Assembly: GCA_016938235.1 (NCBI GenBank)
Contig: JAFGVA010000068.1
Span: forward strand, 36,096 to 100,095
Reading direction: 5' to 3'
Length of the DNA: 64,000 nucleotides
Source of the DNA: Bacteroidales bacterium
GTDB lineage: Bacteria > Bacteroidota > Bacteroidia > Bacteroidales > UBA10428
Shown here: one piece after another, positions 47,318 to 57,503 of the stretch
Layout: each line of letters begins with the position of its first letter
Position numbering within the stretch: the stretch's first letter is position 1
The notes under the pieces: model-generated
The model's database searches: none
Seen by the model: the letters and a program-made list of their open reading frames with translations, nothing else
Told to the model about the DNA's origin: nothing
Program-made: the position numbers and the translations under genes

Positions 47318-49729
47318 TTAAAAAATGGGTTTAAATTTTGAAGGTTTAATATCTTTCATCATATCATAAACCATGTCAAACAAATCTTCAGAGTTTGGGT
47401 TCGAATAATAATCGCCATCACTTGAATAAGCAGGTCTGTGGTCCCGGGCTGCCAGTGTTCTGGGCATTACTTCAAGATAGTTATAGCCTTTTTGTTCCTC
47501 CATCACTTTTTGCATCATGTAGGCTGTTGCACCTCCCGAAACATCTTCATCAAAGAAGATTACCTTGTTTGTTTTTTTTATCGATTCAACAATAGTTTCG
47601 TTTAAATCAAAAGGCAATAAGGTTTGAACATCAATTAACTCAGCATGTATATCGAATTCTTTCAGTCTTTTAACAGATTCATAAGCAATTCTAACACTCG
47701 AACCATAGGTGATTATCGTAATATCCCTGCCACTTGTTATAACTTCAGGCATTCCCAGTGGAATTTTATATTCGCCAATATTTTTCGGGTACAATTCTTT
47801 AAGCCGGTATCCATTTAGCGGTTCGATTACAATTGCCGGGTCCTGACCTTCCAGTAAAGTATTGTAGAAACCAGCTGCCTGAGTCATATTTCGCGGAACA
47901 CAAAAATATATACCTCTTAATGAATTAATAATCATGCTTATGGGCGAACCCGCATGCCAGATTCCTTCGAGGCGGTGACCTCGTGTGCTTATTATAAGCG
48001 GAGCTACCTGTCCCCCGGCTGTTCTCCAGTGCAGCGTGGCCAAATCATCGCTTAAAGTCTGCAATCCGTAGAGTAAATAGTCGAGGTACTGAATCTCGGC
48101 AATTGGCCTGAAACCGCGTAGAGCAAGTCCTATTCCTTTTCCGATTATTGATGTTTCCCGAATGCCGGTATCAAAGATTCTGTTTTCGCCATATTTTTCC
48201 TGCAGGCCTTCGTAAGTTTGGTTAACGCCTCCAATTTTACCTACATCTTCGCCAAATGCAATAACATTCGGATATTTTTCGAAAAGTTTATCAAAATTAT
48301 CGCGTATTATTACTCTGCCGGGAACCTCTTCAGAATCTTCTGATATATCGGGGTAAAGGTATTCCTGATATAATGGAGAATGTTTGCTTTCAGCATAAAC
48401 GTGAGAGCTGTAGTTCTCAAAGTTTTCCATCCTGTTGTTCCCCAGCCACCTGCTTAAGTCACTCTGAAGGGTTTTTCTTGACGGACAATCGGGACAGATA
48501 TAGTGCAGTAATTTTCGCGCTGTTTCTGTCGTTTCTTTCCTGGTGGCTATCTTGCTGTTCTTTAAATTGTTGGCGAAGATTGATATTTTATCAACCTTAT
48601 CGTTTTTGCAAATGCAGGAACGTTGATTGATAATGGACAACAAATCTTCTCTTTGCTTTTTAATGGGAGTCTGGTAACTTGTCCAGGAAAGTTTTTGAGC
48701 ATCTTTTGCACTATCGAGCGTATTTTGTTCAATCCTATTCAGTTCGGTATTACTGGCTATATCGTTTTGAATAATCCATGCTCTCATTTTAACCAGGCCG
48801 TCGTGTTCTTTTTCCCAGTTTAACCTTTCTTCCGATTTATAACGCTCGTGCGAACCGGAAGTTGAGTGTCCCAAGGGTTGGGTAATCTCATCGATATGAA
48901 ATAATACCGGCACATGCTTTTCGCGGCAGAGTTTTATACCCTTTCTATAAATACTCAATAGTCCTGCATAATCCCATCCTTTGCCCTTGAAAATTTGTAT
49001 GCCATTCGTATTTCTTTCTTTCTGAAACCCACTGAGTGCTTCCGAGATACTTGCTTTTACTGTCTGGTTTTTCTTTTCAACGGAAATACCATAACCATCG
49101 TCCCAAACAAATACAGCTAAAGGAACTTGTTTAACGGCGGCGCTGTTAAGGACTTCAAAAAAATGACCTTCTGAAGTGCTTGCATCACCAATAGTGGTAA
49201 AAATCACTTCGTTTCCTTTGTTTGAAAAGTTATTTGTTGTATTGCTTTCTCTGTATAGTTTAGATGCCAGTGCCAGTCCAATGGAACGGGGTATTTGTCC
49301 GGCAGTGGGCGAGAGATCCGCAGCGCTGTTTTTTTGCTTTATTTGGGGAATCCAGTTACCATCTTTATCTAATAAGCGAGTTGCAAAGTGGTTGTTAAAG
49401 GAACGTCCGCCACTTGCAGGGTGAAGTTTTATGTCAGGTATTCCATAAAGCTGGTGAAAGAATTCATCGGGAGAGAGCATACCGTTTGCCAGCATAAGGG
49501 TTTGGTCTCTATAGTATCCCGAACGCCAGTCTCCCTCGTTAAAAAAGTGAGCCATGGCTATTTGTGCAACCTCTTTACCATCGCCGAATATGCCAAACTT
49601 TGCTTTTCCGGTCAGCACTTCTTTTCGACCTAAAATACTCAGGTTCCGGCTTAGCCAGGCTATCTCATAATCTTTAAGAACCTGTTCTTTTGTTATTTCT
49701 ATTACTGGTGATTTCAGTTTTTCTTTCAT
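47318..49729 (-). CDS. Fused 2-oxoacid (branched-chain type) dehydrogenase E1 alpha/beta subunit, TPP-dependent
   Basis: 803 aa. The N-terminal half has E1-alpha features (GDGKEVAQ, IGDASTSEGHFFE). The C-terminal half has E1-beta/transketolase-like features (FGEDVG..GGV, DTGIRETSIIG, IEPL). Confidence 0.88.
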   Translation of the reverse strand: MKEKLKSPVIEITKEQVLKDYEIAWLSRNLSILGRKEVLTGKAKFGIFGDGKEVAQIAMAHFFNEGDWRSGYYRDQTLMLANGMLSPDEFFHQLYGIPDIKLHPASGGRSFNNHFATRLLDKDGNWIPQIKQKNSAADLSPTAGQIPRSIGLALASKLYRESNTTNNFSNKGNEVIFTTIGDASTSEGHFFEVLNSAAVKQVPLAVFVWDDGYGISVEKKNQTVKASISEALSGFQKERNTNGIQIFKGKGWDYAGLLSIYRKGIKLCREKHVPVLFHIDEITQPLGHSTSGSHERYKSEERLNWEKEHDGLVKMRAWIIQNDIASNTELNRIEQNTLDSAKDAQKLSWTSYQTPIKKQREDLLSIINQRSCICKNDKVDKISIFANNLKNSKIATRKETTETARKLLHYICPDCPSRKTLQSDLSRWLGNNRMENFENYSSHVYAESKHSPLYQEYLYPDISEDSEEVPGRVIIRDNFDKLFEKYPNVIAFGEDVGKIGGVNQTYEGLQEKYGENRIFDTGIRETSIIGKGIGLALRGFRPIAEIQYLDYLLYGLQTLSDDLATLHWRTAGGQVAPLIISTRGHRLEGIWHAGSPISMIINSLRGIYFCVPRNMTQAAGFYNTLLEGQDPAIVIEPLNGYRLKELYPKNIGEYKIPLGMPEVITSGRDITIITYGSSVRIAYESVKRLKEFDIHAELIDVQTLLPFDLNETIVESIKKTNKVIFFDEDVSGGATAYMMQKVMEEQKGYNYLEVMPRTLAARDHRPAYSSDGDYYSNPNSEDLFDMVYDMMKDIKPSKFKPIF

Positions 49730-49811
49730 TTTAAGTGTTCATCAATAAGAACAAAAAAAATACAAAGTTGTTGAAACAATATAATCAAAACAGATTGTGG
49801 CAAAAGATTAC

Positions 49812-49819
49812 TAATTTTG
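49812..49819 (+). promoter_or_regulatory. Candidate -7 promoter box (TAnnTTTG)
   Basis: TAATTTTG lies 16 nt upstream of the ATG at 49835 and overlaps the TTG start of the track ORF. Confidence 0.4.
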
Positions 49820-49834
49820 CAAAAAATAAATTTA

Positions 49835-50083
49835 ATGGAAGTATTAATAGCAGCGGTTGTAATAGTGGGTTTGTCATTTTTGGCATTAGGGTTTAATATT
49901 TTCTTCAGAAAAGATGGAAAATTCCCCGAAAATGAAGTTGGTAAAAACAAAAAAATGAGGGAGATGGGCATTTACTGTGTTAAATGCGAAGAAGGAAGAA
50001 AATTTCGAGAAGCTAAAAGAAAGCAGAAGGCTAAGATAAATGTGAATTCTTTGCAACTGGATATTGAGAGGCTGTCCTGTTAA
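49835..50083 (+). CDS. Small single-pass membrane protein with CxxC motif (function unknown)
   Basis: MEVLIAAVVIVGLSFLALGFNIFF TM helix, a basic juxtamembrane segment, GIYCVKCEE and a Lys/Arg-rich tail. It is convergent with apbE, and the two stops share a TTAA. Confidence 0.55.
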   Translation: MEVLIAAVVIVGLSFLALGFNIFFRKDGKFPENEVGKNKKMREMGIYCVKCEEGRKFREAKRKQKAKINVNSLQLDIERLSC

Positions 50084-51105
50084 TCCATTTCACGAACCAG
50101 GGCATCTTTCATTCCCGGCGTCATAAAAGTCTTATAATTACCTTCGTCATCGCTGTACACAAAATAAGCTTGAATATCATTCTGATCCGACAGAAACATA
50201 ATACTTTTCTCCAGTCCCATAACCATAAATGAGGTAGCAAAAGCATCAGCGGTCATACAATCCCTGGTCATAACCGTGGCGCTTAAAAGCTTACTCATTA
50301 CCGGATAGCCTGTTTTAGGATTTATGCTGTGAACATATTTCACCCCGTCTTTTTCATAAAATTTCCTGTAGTTACCCGAGGTAGCAAGCGACATATCTTT
50401 AACTTGTATTACTGCTTGCAGGTTTTCGCCGGGGATATAAGAATTTTCAACAGGCTTATCGACTCCAATTTTCCAGATATTGCCTTTTTCATTTACACCC
50501 TTGGTTTTTAATTCACCTCCAATCTCAACCATGTAATTTTCAACTCCTTTTCTTTCAAGAAAATCTGCTACTACATCAACAGAGAAACCCTGGGCTATTG
50601 CGTTTACATCAAGCGTAATGTTTGGATTTTGTTTAACAACAACTCCACCTTCGAGACTTATCTTATCCATCCCAACTAGTTGTAGCAGGCTGTCAATTAC
50701 AAGCGAATCAACCTTGGTGCTTTGGCCGCTTCCAAACCCCCAGGCATTAACAATAGGAGCAACAGTAATATCAAAAGCACCCCCCGAAAGGTGGTAGATC
50801 TCATTTGCTTTATTAAAAACTTTTTTGAAGTTCTTGTCTAATTTAACATGAGGTTCGTTTCTGTTTACTTTTGATATAATTGAATTTGAGTCGTAGGTTG
50901 AAAGTGAAAGGTCAAATTTGTGAAGTAGTTGTGTAATCTTGGAATGCAGATCAATACGGTTGTAATATTCAAACTTTATAGTATACGTTGTGCCTTGGGT
51001 TTCGCCATGAAGCGTATGGTATTTTGTCTTTGGTTTATAAAAAATCAGCAATACAATTGCTAAGACAAAGATTAGAGCTATAGGGGTTAGCTGTTTTCTT
51101 TTCAT
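50080..51105 (-). CDS. apbE: FAD:protein FMN transferase (ApbE)
   Basis: Signal/anchor N-terminus. GGAFDITVAPIV, AIAQGFSVD, LATSGNYRKF, HSINPKTGYP, DAFATSFMVMG. Confidence 0.92.
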   Translation of the reverse strand: MKRKQLTPIALIFVLAIVLLIFYKPKTKYHTLHGETQGTTYTIKFEYYNRIDLHSKITQLLHKFDLSLSTYDSNSIISKVNRNEPHVKLDKNFKKVFNKANEIYHLSGGAFDITVAPIVNAWGFGSGQSTKVDSLVIDSLLQLVGMDKISLEGGVVVKQNPNITLDVNAIAQGFSVDVVADFLERKGVENYMVEIGGELKTKGVNEKGNIWKIGVDKPVENSYIPGENLQAVIQVKDMSLATSGNYRKFYEKDGVKYVHSINPKTGYPVMSKLLSATVMTRDCMTADAFATSFMVMGLEKSIMFLSDQNDIQAYFVYSDDEGNYKTFMTPGMKDALVREMD

Positions 51106-51220
51106 GGCTGTAAAATTATCTTACGAAGATATGAAACCCAAGGACAAATCAAAGTACCGAAAGATAAAATAACACATTGCTGCTTCTCTTTTGCCTGATT
51201 TATTCAAAACTTAATAAAAG

Positions 51221-52861
51221 CTATTGTTCTATGCAATACAAATAGTAAGTGCCAAACTGTTTAAGCAGGGTAAGTTGCTTATGCAATAAACTTTTTTCAC
51301 TTACAAGGTAGTTCACCTTGTATTTATCCTGAAGTAAACTAATGTTGCTTATATCTTCAGCAATTTTACTCTTAATCAGCTGCCGTTGGTACCACTCAAA
51401 AATAATCTGGTTATTGGTAGGCGTGAACTTGTTTATAACAAAACGATCTCTCTCAGCTCTTCTTACAAATGAAAATGGTTTGTCGCTGTCAAGAAACAGA
51501 AATACCGATTCGGGATCAGTATTGTTTTTTGAAAAGAGAATTAAGTCTTTCATATCCTCAGTAAGTTTGTCCTCACCTATATAAAAGTTTTTTATTGTGT
51601 CACTAATCTCAATTGAAAATCTTGGAATAAAAATCAGGAATAAAGTAAGGTGCATAACAAGGGCAAAATGCATCCGGCTTTGAGTGTATGGTATATTTGG
51701 AAATTTTTTTCTGTAATAACTGAACAGGCTGAAAAGGCCGAATCGTTTAATAATTACAGCTATTTCAAGAAGAATCAGGAATGCTGAAAGTGAACTTGTC
51801 CTGAATGGATAAGTTTTTAGTAAAACACCATTCTTATCAATTAATGCTATACCGATAAAGACAAACTGCTGAATAAAAATAATGATGTTCAGGGTATTCA
51901 GCTTCAGAATATCGGGAGATTTAAATTTCCTGAAATAAAAAACACACAATAAAAACAAGCCAATAGTTATCAGAACCCCGCCAAGATGATAATTCACAAA
52001 ATACCGGAGGTCAGAAAACATGCCTATATGGTGTTTAAGCCTGAAAACTGAATATACACGGTTTATATTTACTCCCTCAATTACAGAAGGTTCGCTGTTA
52101 AAGATGTACTGCGAGGCAAGAAATAGTATGAATGGAAGTGTTAAAACGAAATATAAAGCGCCATGTTTAATGAATTCAGAAATTTTTCTGCTTCGTACTA
52201 AAGAATAAATTATTAAGAATAAAGCCATCCAACCACCAACCAGAAAATGAATGTAAGTAGCGATGGCTGCATAAATTATACTTTTATATGCTTTATCGAT
52301 CAGGAGATTGTAGATGGCATAAAAAACAAAAATATAGGCCAGCGATTTTTGTTCGAAATTTTTAAAGAACCATTCTCCTGCCCAAATAGACTGATGCATG
52401 AAAAGGCCTACCTGCAGTATTACTATGATTTCAATATTTGTAAACTTGAGTTTTTTGAAAATCAGAGAAAGTGGGATGGCATAAAAAATGAAATTTATAA
52501 AGCGGCTAATAAAAGCAAGTTGTTCGAAGGATAAAAATTTCAATAAAAAGCCAAATATTACCTGGAAAATTAATTTGTAGCCAGCAGGATCGTTCAAACA
52601 GAAAGAATGAGGCATCCAGTCTTTTTGCATGTACTGTTTAGCAAGCGCAAAATATTGTTCTTCACCTCCGATAAGTCCATAGCCAATATAATTTGCAAGA
52701 ATTAACAGGAAAATAACCAATGCCGTGTTTTGCCTGTTGAAATACTTAAATATTTTAAATATGCTAGTTTGAAACACAGAGATATATTGTTTGCTGCAAA
52801 TTAAATAGTTTTTTAGGACAACAAAAAAAAGGAGCATTGAACAAGCAATACTCCTTTTCAT
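51221..52861 (-). CDS. Polytopic membrane protein, possibly GT-C-like glycosyltransferase; start uncertain
   Basis: 546-aa ORF with many hydrophobic helices, an acidic loop GGEEQYFALAKQYM after the first helix, and a roughly 130-aa soluble C-terminus. Codons 2-12 coincide with the nqrF terminator-like hairpin. Confidence 0.6.
   Translation of the reverse strand: MKRSIACSMLLFFVVLKNYLICSKQYISVFQTSIFKIFKYFNRQNTALVIFLLILANYIGYGLIGGEEQYFALAKQYMQKDWMPHSFCLNDPAGYKLIFQVIFGFLLKFLSFEQLAFISRFINFIFYAIPLSLIFKKLKFTNIEIIVILQVGLFMHQSIWAGEWFFKNFEQKSLAYIFVFYAIYNLLIDKAYKSIIYAAIATYIHFLVGGWMALFLIIYSLVRSRKISEFIKHGALYFVLTLPFILFLASQYIFNSEPSVIEGVNINRVYSVFRLKHHIGMFSDLRYFVNYHLGGVLITIGLFLLCVFYFRKFKSPDILKLNTLNIIIFIQQFVFIGIALIDKNGVLLKTYPFRTSSLSAFLILLEIAVIIKRFGLFSLFSYYRKKFPNIPYTQSRMHFALVMHLTLFLIFIPRFSIEISDTIKNFYIGEDKLTEDMKDLILFSKNNTDPESVFLFLDSDKPFSFVRRAERDRFVINKFTPTNNQIIFEWYQRQLIKSKIAEDISNISLLQDKYKVNYLVSEKSLLHKQLTLLKQFGTYYLYCIEQ
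52823..52858 (-). terminator. Rho-independent terminator candidate downstream of nqrF
   Basis: The minus strand reads AAAAGGAGTATTG-CTTGTT-CAATGCTCC-TTTTTTTT. This gives a 9-bp stem with one G-U pair, a 6-nt loop and 8 T, beginning 23 nt after the nqrF stop. Confidence 0.6.
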
Positions 52862-52880
52862 AATTTAGATGTTTTCGGAT

Positions 52881-54146
52881 TTAGTTTCCGAAATCATCAT
52901 AGTAAATATTTTCATTCGGCACGCCAAGGTTATACAGCATTTTATTTACAGCACCTACCATTGGACCGGGACCACACATGTAGTATTCAATATCTTCGGG
53001 TTCAGAATGCTTACTCAGGTAATTATCGTAAATTACCTGGTGAATAAAACCTACAGGCCCATCCCAGTTATCTTCGGGTTGTGGGTCACTTAATGCAATT
53101 GTAAATGTAAAATTGGGGAATTCTTTCTCAATAGATCTGAAGTGATCTTCGTAGAAGATTTCTCTGCGTGAGCGGGCACCATACCAATAGCTTACTTTCC
53201 TGCCCGACTTAAGCGTGTGGAACAGATGGAACAAGTGTGAACGCAGCGGTGCCATACCAGCTCCACCACCAATATAAAGCATTTCAGCATCGGTATCCTG
53301 AATGAAGAATTCTCCATAAGGGCCTGAAATAGTAACCTTATCGCCTGGTTTTCTCGAGAAGATATAGGAAGAACAAATGCCCGAAGGTACATTCGCCCAC
53401 GTTCCTTTCTTCGGATCCCAGGGTGGAGTTGCAATACGGATGTTAAGCATGACAATATTACCCTCAGCAGGGTGGTTGGCCATAGAATAAGCTCGGTAAG
53501 TTTCTTCCGTGTTTTTCATTTTCAGATCCCAAAGCTTATACTTATCCCATTCGTCACGGTATTGTTCTTCAACCTCTACATCCTTGAAATCCATCTCGTA
53601 TTTTGGAACATCAATCTGAATGTATCCTCCTGATTGGAAATCAAGTGTTTCTCCTTCCGGAAGTTTAACGACAAATTCTTTAATAAACGTGGCAACGTTA
53701 TGGTTTGAAACAACTTCGCATTCCCATTTTTTAATTCCCATTACTTCTTCTGGAACATGAATTTTTAAATCGTTCCGAACTTTTACCTGGCAACCTAATC
53801 TCCAGTTGCTGGATTGCTCCTTACGGGTAAAGAATCCGGTTTCGGTCGGAAGAATACTACCGCCGCCATCAGTAACCTGGCATTTACACATTCCGCAGGT
53901 TCCTCCTCCGCCACAAGCCGACGGAAGAAAAATATCGGCAGAAGACAAGGCTCCCAATAATGAATTTCCCGGAGAAACAATAATATCTTTTTCTCCATTT
54001 ATGCTTATAACGGCTTCTCCCTGTGGTGTTAATTTCTTTCTTGCAAATAATAAAATTGCTACAAGCATAAGAATTATCATAAGGAATACGCCAATACTAA
54101 TCAGTATAGTTGTAAAAGTTGTTGTTAATACTATCATCTCCGTCAC
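52881..54146 (-). CDS. nqrF: Na+-translocating NADH:quinone oxidoreductase subunit F
   Basis: N-terminal TM helix, 2Fe-2S cluster [19 protein letters not shown] motifs RAYSMANHP and GGGAGMAP. Confidence 0.97.
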   Translation of the reverse strand: MTEMIVLTTTFTTILISIGVFLMIILMLVAILLFARKKLTPQGEAVISINGEKDIIVSPGNSLLGALSSADIFLPSACGGGGTCGMCKCQVTDGGGSILPTETGFFTRKEQSSNWRLGCQVKVRNDLKIHVPEEVMGIKKWECEVVSNHNVATFIKEFVVKLPEGETLDFQSGGYIQIDVPKYEMDFKDVEVEEQYRDEWDKYKLWDLKMKNTEETYRAYSMANHPAEGNIVMLNIRIATPPWDPKKGTWANVPSGICSSYIFSRKPGDKVTISGPYGEFFIQDTDAEMLYIGGGAGMAPLRSHLFHLFHTLKSGRKVSYWYGARSRREIFYEDHFRSIEKEFPNFTFTIALSDPQPEDNWDGPVGFIHQVIYDNYLSKHSEPEDIEYYMCGPGPMVGAVNKMLYNLGVPNENIYYDDFGN

Positions 54147-54158
54147 GTTGTTTGCTAG

Positions 54159-54776
54159 TTATAATTTAATGCCCATAAAGCTCATGAATGCTATACCCAT
54201 TAGCCCGGTAATAATAAATGTAATACCTAAGCCGCGCAATGGGGCAGGTATTTGTGAATACCTTATTTTTTCGCGAATTGCAGCAATACCAACAATAGCT
54301 AGGAACCATCCTACTCCCGAACCTAGTCCAAATGAGGTAGCTTCAGCAATTGACTGGTAATTTCTTTCCTGCATAAAAAGAGATCCACCTAAAATAGCGC
54401 AGTTAACAGCAATTAAGGGAAGGAAAATTCCTAAGGATGAATAAAGTGCAGGTGAGAATTTTTCAATAATCATCTCAACAAGCTGAACCATAGAGGCAAT
54501 AACAGCTATAAACATGATGAATGATAGAAAACTCAAATCAACATCAGCCAATCCCGGGCTAATCCATTGCAGTGCGCCTGCTTTTAAGAGATAGTTTTCA
54601 ATCAGATAATTAACCGGCACAGTAATTCCTAAAACAAAAATAACCGCAATACCCAATCCGGTTGATGTTTTAACAGTTTTCGAAACAGCAAGATACGAAC
54701 ACATACCTAAAAAGTATGCGAAAATCATGTTGTCGATGAAAATTGATTTTACAAATATATTTAGCAGGTTTTCCAT
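54159..54776 (-). CDS. nqrE: Na+-NQR subunit E
   Basis: 205-aa polytopic protein, RnfA/NqrE-like ([20 protein letters not shown]), in operon order. Confidence 0.95.
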   Translation of the reverse strand: MENLLNIFVKSIFIDNMIFAYFLGMCSYLAVSKTVKTSTGLGIAVIFVLGITVPVNYLIENYLLKAGALQWISPGLADVDLSFLSFIMFIAVIASMVQLVEMIIEKFSPALYSSLGIFLPLIAVNCAILGGSLFMQERNYQSIAEATSFGLGSGVGWFLAIVGIAAIREKIRYSQIPAPLRGLGITFIITGLMGIAFMSFMGIKL

Positions 54777-54789
54777 TTTCTAACGTGTT

Positions 54790-55434
54790 TTAGCTTTCGA
54801 TCAAATCTTTATTTCTGGCTCTCTGAACCCAAATAATAATTCCCAGGGTTATAAGTGCCATAGGCGGAAGAATCATCATTCCGTTGTCCTTATATCCGGT
54901 ATTATACAAACCAATTTTTTCAAGAACAGGATAACCAAACAGGGTACCAGAGCCTAATAATTCGCGAAAAAATGCAACAATAATAAGAATTATACCATAG
55001 CCCGCACCGTTTCCAATACCGTCAAGGAATGAAGGCCAGGGTTTATTTCCCAGTGCAAAAGCCTCAAGGCGACCCATAATAATACAGTTGGTAATAATAA
55101 GTCCGACAAATACCGATAGCTGTTTACTAACATCGTATGCATAAGCTTTAAGCACCTGGTCAACAATAATTACCATAGTTGCAATAACTACCAGCTGAAC
55201 AATTATGCGTATTCTTGGAGGTATAAGGCTTCTTAATAGAGAAATAGCCACATTTGATGCTGCCAATACAATTGTTACCGAAAGTGCCATAACAATCGAT
55301 GGTTCGAGTTTAACAGTAACTGCAAGTGCAGAACAGATTCCTAAAACCAGCACTGTAATCGGGTTATTTGTTCCTACAGGATCAGTAAGCAACTTTAAGT
55401 TTTTCGATGAAAACAAAGGTTCCTTCTCGCTCAT
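54790..55434 (-). CDS. nqrD: Na+-NQR subunit D
   Basis: 214-aa polytopic protein, RnfE/NqrD-like ([21 protein letters not shown]), in operon order. Confidence 0.95.
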   Translation of the reverse strand: MSEKEPLFSSKNLKLLTDPVGTNNPITVLVLGICSALAVTVKLEPSIVMALSVTIVLAASNVAISLLRSLIPPRIRIIVQLVVIATMVIIVDQVLKAYAYDVSKQLSVFVGLIITNCIIMGRLEAFALGNKPWPSFLDGIGNGAGYGIILIIVAFFRELLGSGTLFGYPVLEKIGLYNTGYKDNGMMILPPMALITLGIIIWVQRARNKDLIES

Positions 55435-55437
55435 ATC

Positions 55438-56268
55438 TTAGTTCTTTTTAAGTTCGAAAAATGAATTGTAGCCATAAAGGCAATCAAATAGCATGGCTTC
55501 AACGCCTTTGCTGGTAATGGTTCCGCCTGAAATGGCGTCAACATTAAAGTCATTAACAGCAACGGTTCCGGGTTTAACTACTTCAATCGATTTAAACGTG
55601 TTGCCGTCAAAAATTTTCTTTCCTCTGAAATTAGCCTGAAACCATCCCTGGTTTATTTCAGCACCTAAGCCGGGAGTTTCACCTTTATGGTCAAATACGG
55701 CTCCGTAAACGGTGTTGAAATCAGATTCAAGTGCTATATATCCCCATATTGGGCCCCAAAGTCCCTTGCCTCTTAATGGGAATATGTAATATGCCGAACT
55801 GTCTTCTTTTGTACAAACATAAACAGGCAGTTCCCGGTCTGATTTTATTTTTTCAATTGCCGATTGCACCTGATATTTATCTAATTCTTTCGATTTAATA
55901 AAAGAAGAAACGAATTTTGTAAAGGGGCTGATATTTCTTTCAGTAAGAAGTGATTTTTGTTTATTAATTGCTTCAATCATAGAAACCTGAGCCATCATAT
56001 CAACATCAAATGCTGCAACATTTTCTATCTCCTCGCCATTTTCGTTAAGCACAAAACTGGTCGAAATGAACTGTTCAAATAATTCGTCTGCATTTTTTGG
56101 GGTACTCTCAATTCTAACAGATGCAAGAATGTTTTGCATTTTTTCTATTTTGATATTGTTTTCCTGTACGGGTTTTAATTGCATTGCAACAAACGATAGT
56201 AATGCAGCAACAATAATCACCATAACACTCGAGAAAACAAATATGTATGTATTGCTAAAGCTTTTCAT
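55438..56268 (-). CDS. nqrC: Na+-NQR subunit C
   Basis: N-terminal TM anchor. ETPGLGA and the flavinylation motif DAISGGTITS. Confidence 0.94.
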   Translation of the reverse strand: MKSFSNTYIFVFSSVMVIIVAALLSFVAMQLKPVQENNIKIEKMQNILASVRIESTPKNADELFEQFISTSFVLNENGEEIENVAAFDVDMMAQVSMIEAINKQKSLLTERNISPFTKFVSSFIKSKELDKYQVQSAIEKIKSDRELPVYVCTKEDSSAYYIFPLRGKGLWGPIWGYIALESDFNTVYGAVFDHKGETPGLGAEINQGWFQANFRGKKIFDGNTFKSIEVVKPGTVAVNDFNVDAISGGTITSKGVEAMLFDCLYGYNSFFELKKN

Positions 56269-56286
56269 TGTAGAATATCTTTTTAA

Positions 56287-57459
56287 TTAGGCTTGAGTAG
56301 CTTTTAACCTTTTTAACCGGCGTTTTATGTTTGATTCAATTACATAATGGTCTATAAGCGGAGCAAAGACATTAAGCAATAATATGGCGAGCATTACGCC
56401 TTCAGGATAAGCCGGGTTAAGTACCCTGATTAATATGGCCATAATTCCAATCAGGAATCCGTAAATCCATTTGCCTTTTTCGGTTTGCGAAGCAGAAACC
56501 GGGTCGGTTGCCATAAAAACAGCACCAAAAGCAAAACCGCCGATCAGCAGATGCTGATAAAAGGGAACACTCATATAATCGTTTACAGCAAAAAGGTTAA
56601 GAATTAAACCCATTAATGCTCCACCTGCAAATACCGAAGTGATTATTTTCCAGCTTCCAACACCTGTAAAAATTAATATAACAGCTCCTATAAGAATTGC
56701 CAGTGTTGATGTTTCGCCTATTGAACCGGGAATAAAACCAAAGAACATATCAGAAACAGAATAGGGCATTTGTTCAAGTTTTCCGCTTGCTGCATATCCC
56801 ATTATTGTTTCGCCGCTAAATCCGTCGACTATGCCCTGTCCGTCTCTTAAGCCTGAAATCCAGACTTTATCACCCGACATGTCTGATGGATAAGCAAAGA
56901 ATAAAAATGCCCTGGCAGTAAGTGCCGGGTTCAAAATATTCATTCCCGAACCACCAAAAACTTCAACGCCAATTATTACTGCAAATGCTGTTGCAACAAC
57001 AACCATCCAAAGAGGTATATCAACAGGAAGTACAAGCGGGATTAACATTCCGGTAACAAAAAATCCTTCAGGAACATCGTGATTTCTAATTTGACCGAAA
57101 ATAATTTCAATTGTCAGACCTGTTACATAAGAAACAATTATTATGGGAATTACTTTTAAAAATCCATACCAAAAAGTTTCCAATATTGTTTTTTCACCTG
57201 CTAAACCCAACGACTGAAAATGGAAGCTTCCTACATTCCACATACCAAAAAGCAAAGCAGGTAACATAGCAATTACAACAACAATCATAGTTCTTTTCAT
57301 ATCAATAGCATCGCGGATATGAGAACCGGTTGTTGCAACCTTATTAGGCACAAAAAGAAGGGTTTCTATTGCATCGAAAAATGAATGAAACTTTTCAAGT
57401 TTACCACCTTTCTCAAAGTTTGGTTTTATCTTATCGAGATAATTTCTAAGCCCTTTCAT
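56287..57459 (-). CDS. nqrB: Na+-NQR subunit B
   Basis: 390-aa polytopic protein. N-terminus LDKIKPNFEKGGKLEKFHSFFDAIETLLF, then DGFSGETIMG and MATDPVSA. Confidence 0.95.
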   Translation of the reverse strand: MKGLRNYLDKIKPNFEKGGKLEKFHSFFDAIETLLFVPNKVATTGSHIRDAIDMKRTMIVVVIAMLPALLFGMWNVGSFHFQSLGLAGEKTILETFWYGFLKVIPIIIVSYVTGLTIEIIFGQIRNHDVPEGFFVTGMLIPLVLPVDIPLWMVVVATAFAVIIGVEVFGGSGMNILNPALTARAFLFFAYPSDMSGDKVWISGLRDGQGIVDGFSGETIMGYAASGKLEQMPYSVSDMFFGFIPGSIGETSTLAILIGAVILIFTGVGSWKIITSVFAGGALMGLILNLFAVNDYMSVPFYQHLLIGGFAFGAVFMATDPVSASQTEKGKWIYGFLIGIMAILIRVLNPAYPEGVMLAILLLNVFAPLIDHYVIESNIKRRLKRLKATQA

Positions 57460-57503
57460 TCAAAAGTCTTTTTATTATTATTCATTTTTTCTACATGAAA
57501 TGA

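Noticed and set aside
53806-54360. 184-aa plus-strand ORF spanning the nqrF/nqrE junction
   Set aside because: It lies entirely antisense to two strongly supported nqr genes. Its sequence is low-complexity and shadow-like, with no start context and no recognisable motifs. I treat it as a shadow ORF.
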